In this document: one piece after another, positions 44,809 through 64,000 of the stretch
Layout: every line of letters starts with the position of its first letter
Numbering within the stretch: the first letter of the stretch is position 1
NCBI GenBank assembly: GCA_051294905.1
Contig: CM119375.1
Location: forward strand, 6,758,001 to 6,822,000
Direction: 5' to 3'
Source of the DNA: Botryllus schlosseri
Lineage: Eukaryota
DNA length: 64,000 nucleotides
Notes under the pieces: model-generated
What the model was told of the DNA's origin: nothing
The model's database searches: none
What the model saw: only the letters and a program-made list of their open reading frames with translations
Made by a program: the position numbers and the translations under genes

Positions 44809-46842
44809 TACAATACATTCGTTCGCTATTTCTTGTTTTTATTATTTTTGGCGTCATTAACGTCGAGACGGTGAGGCTGAGAAGCGGCATATTATTTGTA
44901 ATTATTCCTATTGACAAGATTACTTGAACATCAATCTATGTCGAAATTTGATGCGGTCTACCTAGGGGGGCGGCATTTTCAAGAGAGCCAGGGGCGGCAG
45001 CACATGCTGCTACGCCAGTGAAGCAGACATGCCACTCCTGGGTTTTTCCACCCAGATCTGGTTTTTTCGAGCATCACCTGGGTTTCTGGGTTTTTGTGCT
45101 TGAAATCTGGTTTTTTTCAACATCATGTCTGTCAGGTCAATTTTACGGCGCAAAATTTCTTATTAGATTAGTAAGACCTTATAGTGTCGATGGATTCTTG
45201 TGATTGAAACGGCAGAGTCTAAACAGACCCATTTACTCCTAAAGTGAGAGGTTTTGGCGTGATGCGATAGAGCTTCATTGAATACTGACTATACTAGGTC
45301 GCAGAAAGTCATGTTCACAGAGCAACTCTGGAGCAGTTGTTTTACAATCGAAAATGATTTAGGACTTGAATGCTAGCGTTGCAACAAATTCGTTGTGTGT
45401 CAGTACATAGTATTTAACCGCTGGCTGCTGCAAAATATGCAATTAATGCACATGGAAAGACCAAATGTTGATCTAACTATTTTAATATGTTGACATCAGA
45501 GTATATTCACTTTCAACAGGAACACTCAAAGAAAGAAAGTTTAGGCACCTGGGCAAGTTATTCAGAGGGAGAGGGGTTTGAATTATTCCCCTAATTTCAT
45601 GATTTGTCAGTTTCTTTTTTGACTAAACATCCCAGTTAAAAGTGCTTGTCCCAGGTTTAATGAATCGAAAGCTATTTTCAATCTATATCGTCAGCTCACA
45701 GTCACTGGAACTATTCCAAAATCATCCTCATCCATGTTTTTAGTAGGCCATGCCTAATCATATATGGGAATTAGCATTGTTACGAACATTACGAATAGGC
45801 CTGTATAATACACCACGTATCGACCCCCATACCGTATGCCTCGTAGCGATGTGTCTAGAGGAAAACATCATATTTCGATGCATTTGCTCATTTAACTGAG
45901 CAAAATGTGAAGTATGAAAATGAACCGTTGGGATTTCAATATCAAGGGCTAAAACTTCTTTTATGTTCGTATTACTGTCATTGACGACTCTCAGTCTCTG
46001 TTTTACAGCTATAACATAGGAATGTGAGCGCAAAATAGGATCTGGGTTTTTTTAACGTCGAAATCTGTTTTTTTTTCAAAATATCTCAGTGGCATCTCTG
46101 TTTGAAAGTTAGATCAAGATCACTGATGATGTCGATGTGTTAGAGGACTTGAATACATGATAACAACATGCTCTCGGTGGAGTTTTCCAGTAGTAATAGG
46201 GCTAAAAACACGTTCATTTCTTATTTTTGGAGATTCTCCAAAAATAAAATTTGAAAACATCCAAAACTAAGCTATTTTTGTTATTTTTGGAGAAATCCAA
46301 AAATAAACAGGCCTGCTGATTGGACATTTCTATCCCAGGGGTTCTTAACCAGGGTCCGGAGGCCCCATCGGGGTATTCAGCACCACATCAGGGTGTACGA
46401 GATCCATTGTGGAGTTAGGCCTACATGCTGTGGAGTATTTTCTTGGCCAATTTGTACAACTGGAAAATAGTCTTTGCGCTACGCGCGATTTTATGTGAAT
46501 GGGCTTTCTGGTTTTAATATAGGTTTTATCAGAAATTGAGTTGAAATTTGACAGGGGTTACGAGAATTCTCATTGGCAGCACAAGAGGTGCGATCGCTAA
46601 AAAATAATATTTAAGTTGTTATTGATAAGTTCCAATAATAATCGTAGGCAAAATCTAACGCTGATTTAATTTGACGTTGGCAATGACAGTAACAATAGCC
46701 TATACTTATCACGACTATATCAATACCAGGATTAGGCTACACCGCTCAAATGCTCTGATATCAGATATATCTTTAGTAGATTTTAGAATATACTACATAA
46801 AATTGTGGCACGTCGAAGGTCCACTAGCTGCAATATTATAAC

Positions 46843-48527
46843 CAGACATGGGGTGATTACTTCACGAATGTAATCGATTGCGATTACGATTACTTCTGAG
46901 TCACGCGAATACGATTACGATTACGATTACAGCAAAATCAGGAAGTAGTCGATTACGATTACGATTACATGCGAAAAGTAATCACGATTACTCGCGATTA
47001 CATTTATTTTGCTTCTCATAACTAATCTTAGAAGATATAAATGGATTGCGATGAAAGGCCTGATATGAGAGGGATAACAACTTTCTTTATAAATGACGCA
47101 TCATTTGCTTGTTACGTCATAATGTGTAGCCTAACCATTACCCAACTTTATAGGGAACGATTTATTGCACCCATTTGCATTCTTGTCTACTCTATAACTA
47201 CCGCATCCTAAACTCCGTAATAGGGAGCGAGCTCGAAAGGGACTCTATATAGAGTATTTTTTTGAGAGATTTAATTAGCTTGAAAATTTTCTTCGAGCTT
47301 CGTGATTTAAATGACTCTAGATTTCTTGATTTTTAAATGTGCCAATTTGTGTGCGAGTCTCACGAAAGTTTTTCTTCTAGTCTGCTACGTCTGGACGACT
47401 ACAATATCTTTTGATTATATAACATACAGGAGGTCGCGAATTAATAAATACAATAAAGCAATTATAACAATATACCAGATATTATAATTATGAATTACAT
47501 GCCCTCAGCTCTACAGGTAAATCTGACCATCGGGTTGAGAGCGGATTAAAAATAAATTGTAATATAATGCAATACCTAATGTTATTGACGAATTTCAGTC
47601 TTTAACTTGAAAATTGACCGCCCTATGAGGGCCCAAGACCAGCGTTTGGAGTGGAGGACGAATTGCTGTTTTGGTCCTGATTCTAGTTACAACTCACGCT
47701 GACATGTTATGTACGTGGATGGCTATGGCGGCAGGTCCAAATGTTGAGTAAAGAATTGCGAAATAACGATTGACGCCCGTTTCAAGCAAAGTCATATGAG
47801 AATAAGATAAAGCGAACATAATATTCTGCCTTCCACTTAGTACAGATACTGCAAACTGCCGTTACGAGAAATGGCAAAGAACGGCTCGGTTATCATATAT
47901 ATCAGCAGCTGTTGATTTCTAATGCTTCATTGAAGAAATCGTAATGTTTTATTTGACGAGTACAAAATTTCAAATCTTTGTCCGGTGTGCGTACGCACGT
48001 ACAACATAGGCCTACTGATCACCAAGCAGCAACTAAGCATACCCAAACATCAATGTATATGTTGCTATTTTAAACTATAGCCAGGGTGGTGATTATTATC
48101 CTGCTACGAGAGGTGATGGCGTCTGGATTGTACTGATGACCTGATATACAGCATGGCGGGTGTTGACACTACAATGTACATCGAATATATCTAGTTACAA
48201 TGTGTGGATACTTCTTACGTAATGACGAGTGAAACTCATACTTCTGACGTAATTATGAGCAGCGGCGTGCGAAAATCAGACGTTTCTGCTCTCACTGACC
48301 TGGTATAATATCTCTTCCTTGTTCACGAATGTTCAGTTTATGTATTAGTATTTGTACAAATAAAAAGTAATCGTTCTTTCGCAAAGAAATCGATTAGATA
48401 TGGGAAGTAGTCGATTACGATTACTTCGGATTTTTTTCGAGTGTAATCGATTGCGATTACGATTACTTGAAAATGCTGTAATCGTCGTAATCGATTACGA
48501 TTACTAATCGCGATTACCCCATGTCTG
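46843..48527. mobile_element. hAT-type element with subterminal (GATTAC)n arrays, 1685 bp
   Basis: TIR cagacatggggtgat / gattaccccatgtctg; perfect TSD attataac; gattac arrays at 46855-47000 and 48410-48520. Confidence 0.9.
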
Positions 48528-49280
48528 ATTATAACCCGACAGTTTTGCGATGTCATGATGCATCCTCTCGCATGATGTCTATAACTCATTATTTAAAAAA
48601 ATTATGCCCGGCACAAAAACAATTTTATTCAAATATTTGAAAATGTGATTTTTTCCCGTGTCAAGCGTGAATTATACAATAGTAAATTACATTTCCACGA
48701 TGTCTGTGGAATGCCTGTCTGCAAGGTCCCGTCAAATAAGGTCTACTTTGAACTTATGCATTGAATATCCGTATTATTGATGCTGCGGCCCGCGGCATCA
48801 TCAAAATCTAAGAATTGGCCCGCGAGCACATTTGAGTTTAAGACCTCTGCCCTAGGCCAAGGTGGGTGCCAAGTCGTTTCGACACCTTCCTATCTTTTCA
48901 TTGTATCGCAGTTTTAAGGACTATGTTTCGCATAATTTAAGGACTATATTAAAAAACAGTGGTCGAAGTCTTTTCGAGCTGGGACTTTACTATGGGAAAT
49001 ATATCGCGCTTGGATCACTTGGATCGTGTCCGAGGACCAATAAAATCAATAATCGTCAGATTATATTATCAAGTGAATCAGGAAAACGCAATGTACAATG
49101 CGACGTAATGAACAGATAGGAGGATGCCGAACGACCAGCAGTTGTGGTCTCTTGAACTGGCATCTACTTCTACGTAGTGCGCGACGTCACAGTTCTTTTT
49201 CGATGTTAATCCCTATTCCACGGCTCTTTTTTGCTGTTTTTATTATACTTTCATTACCGCTCGATTGATTAACGATATAA

Positions 49281-49601
49281 TAGGGTTACCATATTTTGGA
49301 ATCGGGAAAGGAGGACACTTTTATCAAATCATAAAAGTTGGTTGACGGGAATTGAAAACAGCTGATTTTGTAATATTTTCTGGAAATCTTGTTTTGTTGA
49401 CTACCCACTTGTTGTGTTGATTTACCCACTTTTTACGTTAATTTGATGGTGGTGTCCGTATCACCTATTTCACGTAATTTATGCCGATTTTCAAGAGGAA
49501 GATTGCCAAAAAAGAGGACATTTAGGCGTCCTCGGCGGACATTTTCAATTTCCTGAACAAGGAGGACAAACCCTCCTAAAGGAGGACGTATGGTAACCCT
49601 A
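49281..49601. mobile_element. hAT MITE (tagggttacca family), 321 bp
   Basis: TIR tagggttaccata / tatggtaacccta; TSD cgatataa / ctatataa (7/8); gaggaca subterminal repeats. Confidence 0.85.
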
Positions 49602-50000
49602 CTATATAATAACTGTAGCATCTGGTTCAAGTCTGATCTATAGGCTACACTGTAAAGCAGGGGTGGCTAACCCTTTCGAGCAAAGGGACACATGAGATTT
49701 ACGAATCACTGCGCGAGCCACTTGAATGATGATTAGCTGTTTTCGGTCGTCCGATAGGAGCGAACCAAAGTAGGTAACGTCGAAAACGAGGCTTATATTA
49801 CTACGCATTAAAAATGATGTGGTCTCAAATTAAAGCGCAGATCGAAAAAGGAAAAGAAATTGGCCGCGGCCATTTTCTTTAGAAAGCCACCGTAAAGGAG
49901 CTGCAATTAAATGAATTTTGCATAAGACCCGTTATGTTCCAGCTATCGCGTTTTTTAACCCGTTGCGAAATTTCTGGCGCGATATCTTCGCCGGTGCATT

Positions 50001-51111
50001 CAGACATGCCACTCCTGGGTTTTCCCACCCAGATCTGTTTTTTTAGCATCATCTGGGTTTCTGGGTTTTTGTCTTTGAAATCTGGGTTTATTTCAACAGC
50101 ATGTTCGTCAGGTCAGTTTTACGCTCGAAAATTTATTATTAGATTAGTAAGATCGTATAATGTCGCAAAATGCATGCAATTCAGTTCGCCATTGTCGATG
50201 GATTTCCTTTTTATTGTAACAGCAGATTCTTGGAGAGATTGTTTCACTACTAACATTAGGGGCATATCGGCGTGATGCGATGGAGTTTCATTGAATTGGA
50301 ACCTTCAGGTCGCAGAAAGTCATGTTCATAGGGCGACTCATTGGAAACATTGCCTTACAATTTGAAACGATTTAAGACTTGAATGGTAGCGTAGTATCAC
50401 TCCAACAAATTCGTCGTGCATCGATAAATTAGATGTAACTGTAAAGTATGCACTGTACAGCACATGGGTAGACCCGGTGATAATCTGACTAATATTAATA
50501 CATCATATTGATATCTAAATATATTTAGTTCCAACAGGGATACTCGGGAAGTCAGTTGGACACCCCCAGCAATTTAGTCAGAGGCGTTGGTTATCAGCAC
50601 ATTCATATATACCCTGCATTTCATGATATGGCAGTTATTTTTTCGACAAAACATGGGTCTGTGTCATTATCCCAGATCAAAGTGATTGTCTCAGGATTAA
50701 TCAATCGAAAGCTATTACTTTCAATGTGGTCAGGTCACTAAAAATACACTGAAATCAATCTCTGAAATAGGGAATGGGTGGCACTGTTACGACCATTCGC
50801 AATGCGATGTTATATTTAATACACCATTAAGTATTGACGCCACACACCAATTGTTCCATAGCAATGTGTGTGTCACGAGGAAAACAACATATTTACAGTG
50901 TTCACCGAGCAAAATGTATAGTATGAACTGTTGGAGATTCAACATTAAAGGCTTCTATGACTTTATTACTTTAATTGATGACTGTCAGGCTCCAGTTTCA
51001 CAGCTATCTTATCGATATTTGTGTAAAATACAGGATCTGGGTTTTTCTGGGTTTATTTGGCCTGCACAGTGCACATCTGTGTTTTTCGGAAATATCCCAG
51101 TGGCATCCCTG
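50001..51111 (+). mobile_element. cagacatgccac-family element, uninterrupted copy
   Basis: Homologous to 45029-46100; TIR cagacatgccac / gtggcatccctg; TSD ggtgcatt / gttgcact (6/8). Confidence 0.82.
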
Positions 51112-54100
51112 GTTGCACTTACTCGACGCGACCTCCATATTGTAGCTTCATTTCTCTCTGAATGTACCGTTATATCGTAATTGCGATTACAATTAGACTT
51201 ATTTTTGTAACTGATGAATGTTATTTTTATTTGTTTTTGATCGCAGTTTTTGCGAGGATGCTCACAAAACCTTCTCGCGGGCCACGGGTTCGCCGCCTCT
51301 GCTGTAAAGGTATATACATGTACTTGTACACTGTACCGTCACATCCTGAATTCACCTCTGCTATTGGCAGTTGAAAATTGTATTAAATTTTGGTTTATTG
51401 CTTTGTGTGACTATATAGTAAATGAATTGAGAATGTGAAAGTATCGAATGTATCGAAGTATTCGATAGTGGAAGAGACCTTTTACTCACATTAAATTTAG
51501 TACTGCAACCAGATATTAACTTTAACATGAATGTTTCCCAAACAAAGCGTCCCATAGTAGCCTACATAACGTCATGTGAGGTTGTGGGGTCACAAAACGT
51601 TATTATCGTATATCATACGATGAAGAAATATTCTGACGATTTAATTTTGTAGCTCTCAGATACAAGTATATTTAGTTCATCATTTTGGTCAAAAAGCTTC
51701 AAAGCATCGTTAATGTACAAAGGGATCTCACTCTAAAGAGTGGTACAGTATCTCTTTCTTCGATTTCGACACGCTCTGCGCTTCAGGATACAATATCTAG
51801 TTCGAAACATTCTGTGGAAAATAATCAGAGCTAGCGTGACGAAAGTGTTTTAACGGGAAATTTGGCGATCTAAAAGTACGTGCAATTCATTTCACATGGA
51901 AACCTATTGCAAACATCATCGGTATATTTTTCACGAAAAAGTTCGAGATTTGACGTATTTTGTCGAACGTTAAATTACAATGAAAAGTCAAGAATATATA
52001 GAAGTATAGAACTATTGATCTTCTATGTAATCAGATGTCCCTACTAAACCATCTACTGCGACTTTCTTCACCCCCTCCCCCTACCGCCCCAGTGAGCCCA
52101 GCGCCCCTGAGCGTTTTTGTCCCCTTCAAAAGCGCCCCCTCCAAATCGCCAGCTGATGGCGCTGGAGCCAAGGTTAAGAAATACTGGTGTAAGGGAATTT
52201 GAGTATTAAATTTACAGAAAATATCACAGAGAGTGTGAAGGAATCAGGGATATCAAGAAGTTTTATGTGCTATTTATTCTGGAAGGAATATTTTCCTTTT
52301 TACCATCAATCTCATCGAAAATATACGTGAGTACTCATTTGACATTTTTGCTTCATTTCGGATTCCTTTGAGGTCAGAGACGCACGGTATTTACAGGCTA
52401 TTTACAGGTTTCATTTAACTGTAAAATATTCTAGGATCACAAATTACGCTATGAAATAGACGTAAAAATTATTATGGTTGACATGCAACCTTCTTGTGAC
52501 CACAAAGAGATACATACTTGAACCTTTTATCATTATTATTACCGCTATGACATCATAATACATGTGATAATGGCATACTCGACTCGGCATCGAATCACCC
52601 AGATACTCGATCATGTCCAGCGCTGGTCGCTCCATGAAAGTCGCAAATGTCAAAATTATACATTTTGCAGTGCACCCCGTACCCGTGCACATTGTCTGTG
52701 GCCGTATGAAGCGGCTGTTTTATACTGCTATTTGTAAATTTACTGGCATAAACTTGAGATTTCTAAAAATGAAGACATTTCGTTTGTTTTGTTCGCATTT
52801 TAAAACAAACAAGGCCAATCTCGTATGACGATATCATATATGCGGGGCGTCATTCAGATTTTTGACTCAGCTTCTGCAACCTGGATGGACCGGGCATACA
52901 CACACCAGCCAGGCAGTCATTTTTATTTACAGCACAATCAATGACCTGATAGCTTAAGCCCATATTAAACGTAGTCGTAAAGTAACGATATGCACCGATA
53001 AATTGAAGAAACATTCTATTACGTCCGACGACGCCTATATCAATACGTCATGAACACTTTCTCCCTCTCCCCTAAATAACGCCTCCGAAATATGAACGCT
53101 ACGTCATTTCCCCCTTAACTATGAACTATTATACACCTTCTCTCTGTTCGTAATGTCGTTATCGTTAAATACACATTACACAAGTATGCCATTTTGAATG
53201 CGTTTATTGTGGTAATGGAAAACATCAAATGAAATCGTGACATTAAAATGATAGAATAGTAAAAATTGTCGAAGTATATTACAAGTTCTACAGACCCTAC
53301 GTCCCACGCCTCGCATGTCGCGAGGCTATTTCTTTGGTAGATAGTCACATCTGTACAATCGATAATATGAAATGAAGGTAAATGATTTACATACAGAATA
53401 AAAAAAAACTGAAGCTATACCCGTTATGGGTTGACGTGCTGGGTACAAGATGGGGGCATCTCAGCTCGGATCCAGCCTGGAGCGAACCCGATTCCAGTAT
53501 AAGTCGCAGTGAAAATGACTTTGGTTAATCTGGTATATCTATACAAGGCGGGACCTCTTCTGTCGATCTAAGCGAAATACAGATTTCAATAATTACAGGG
53601 CAAGGTATTGGCTGGATATGCCAACAAGCTTCAGAAACGCACCCATATACGCGTTATGAGAAGCTAGATTAAAAACGGGTGTCATTTGGTGAATTTACGG
53701 GATTACACGTAAGGTGCAACGCAATCTTAATATTGATTGTATGTTGAGAGGTAGCGAATGCTATATGATACAATCATGGCACAGTGCATGTACGTACCGC
53801 CTAATATATAGACTGAGGGTGAGATATCTTTGGTCGGGTACGAAATTTTTCACAAAATTTAGCACGGTTGTCGTTTTGTGAAATGGATGTCACCCTGGAA
53901 CTAGTTCACTAATCCAAACGAAGCTTTAAAAAAATTATAATCGCGTCACCGGTAAGAAATAACGTCATTTCATAACAAAATCGAGCACCAGAAATAAGAG
54001 CCAATACAAAAACTTCATGTTTCTTAATAATAATAAACGCATCGGGCAATGTCTATAAAATAAGGAATAGTTTGAAACGGTTAAGCTTCACTTGTTATCG

Positions 54101-55322
54101 ACCAGGTATATATGAGAATTAAAAATCCTGAAAATTATGGTGTGGCGTCTGAGTGTCATTTATTTCTATCTGACTACACACCACTGATTTATATTCCCGT
54201 GATACATTGATGTCACTATAACAACCGTAACCACTGCTACTTCAAAATTGTACACCAGCCTTATCATTGTCGATTGACATAGAAATACAACAGGAAATAG
54301 TGCCTAGCTGAGAATTACTTACTGTTAAAATATGCCGTGGCGACAGAGGTAACTTGTCATCTACGAAACGGGAATGTGGCTTACGTTCACAACAGCTAAC
54401 CCATAGTCCGCCAAAGCCAGGCATTGTAAATGCGATATGGTTGACAAAAGGATGAAGGTTAACCATCTAGTCTATGCGATAGAGTCATGTTATTCTAAGC
54501 CACCGCCTTTGTGTATTATGGCAAAGCTTACAATCCAATGAAAGGAATTAGAAACATTATCATCGTACAATAGTGTGATGATGCGTACTGCGCCGTTGAG
54601 ACCGTATATTACCAATTACCACGTACTGCGCCGTTGAGACCGTCTGCTACCGCGTTTTGACGATATAATTAGACGCAGGGGCAGTCCACGGACGTGCCGA
54701 TACGCAAATAAAACCAGGACACCAGTCGACTACTGTGTTATGTTGGACAAATATCGAAACATAGGCCTCAAGGTGTCAGAATTTTTGACTGAGGAACAAA
54801 AGTCCTAATGAGTCAAGCTTCGAAATTTCAAGCAGAAATAAAAGCATGTGTAAAATCTTAACCACTTGAAGAAACAGTGCAAGGAGTCAAAACCTATTTG
54901 AATACTTTAAAAGAGTAGACGTTCTTCGTTACTGACCATGACCACCAATGATAACGACGCTCGATGATAAGCTACAACATTAAATCCCGAAGAAGAGGTA
55001 ACAGGAAAATTAAAAGAAAATAAAAATGAATGGTATTTCGGACGCAAAATTCCAAACCGACGCACGCCGTAGATTCAGAAGGTTTGAAATCGCATCTGAC
55101 GTCATGAAATGAAGATAATCGCGAATCCGTGATACACCGTACGCGCGACAGCCTACAGATGAAAGGCGGGGTCACTGCAAACTTTAAACCCGACGGTAGT
55201 CCAGTCTTTGGTCGCATCTACAGTACACAAGCGCGATGACACCTACAACCCGCCAAAATGGATAGCCGAGTCTTTACGTGCGGGCCGGGCGAGACTGATT
55301 TCTACGCGGCATAGCGCGGGGT

Positions 55323-63756
<8,434 letters not shown>

Positions 63757-64000
63757 TTAAATCAGAGTTCATTGCTTTTATTACCGGAATCTAATTGTCC
63801 AATTCTGGTTCTTACAATACGTCACATGTGTATTTGCTACGTCACAGTTTATATAGGCGCCACGGTGTCGCCACTTTACCGCTGAATATTGTTCATTGTT
63901 TCCCTATCCAACTTTACATTGCGAGATAGATACAAGGATGTTTTTACGCGTGGTATCCGTTTCAATGTTGGCTCGAATTCAAAGCGACAGACAAGACCAG

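Larger units (their letters stand above)
42343..45020 (+). mobile_element. hAT element with a decayed ZMYM1-like transposase C-terminus, level 4
   Basis: TIR cagtggcgtagcagc / gctgctacgccagtg; perfect TSD aagcagac; RFTGIHHLNDIFGFL... (about 42917) and LYLNIGVSTASCVRSFSKLKLIKSY...LSIE...IIAAFA (43536-43847), the hAT dimerisation domain. Confidence 0.9.
42338..46100 (+). mobile_element. Nested hAT-type element (cagacatgccac family), level 3
   Basis: TIR cagac|atgccac / gtggcatctctg; perfect TSD tttgaaag; uninterrupted sister at 50001-51111. Confidence 0.88.
41293..46315. mobile_element. Nested hAT-type element, level 2 (5023 bp including inserts)
   Basis: Perfect 20-bp TIR caggcctgtttatttttgga; perfect TSD ctgattgg. 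Confidence 0.9.
40463..48849. mobile_element. Outer hAT (Charlie-like) element of the nest, 8387 bp including inserts
   Basis: TIR cagaggtctcaaac / gtttaagacctctg; perfect TSD ccctaggc; the flanks rejoin into the LINE 3' UTR motif (cgcctagg...ggtgggtg...caccttcctatc). Confidence 0.88.

Noticed and set aside
49658-49730. Charlie-like left TIR caggggtggctaacc
   Set aside because: No matching right TIR or second copy of the ctgtaaag target was found, so boundaries are unsupported.
54584-54643. 22-bp direct repeat x2 with a 16-bp spacer (CRISPR-like look)
   Set aside because: Only two units, in an animal genome, with no cas genes; a simple 38-bp-period local duplication.

Overview
Animal (non-vertebrate deuterostome/chordate-like, possibly tunicate; taxon is inference) genomic DNA, AT-rich and repeat-dense. 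Two spliced protein-kinase genes lie on the minus strand. (1) A complete MAP4K3/MAP4K5 (GLK/KHS1, happyhour-type) orthologue, reconstructed by hand as 26 GT-AG coding exons from 35432 to 3677. Phases are consistent and the CDS is 2844 nt (947 aa): STE20 kinase domain, Pro-rich linker, CNH domain. (2) The last five exons of a CDKL1/CDKL4-like kinase (63713 to 55323), whose 5' part lies beyond the window. Introns and the ~20 kb intergenic gap hold many non-autonomous DNA transposons with TIRs and 8-bp TSDs (hAT-type), including a five-level nest at 40463-48849. They also hold CR1/L2-type LINE 3' ends, an RTE-like remnant, a tRNA-derived SINE pair, and a fold-back repeat family whose consensus matches a minimal type-I hammerhead ribozyme of the Penelope-like-element kind. 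Most ORF-track entries are non-coding or partial read-throughs of exons. All coordinates were read by eye and no database searches were run.
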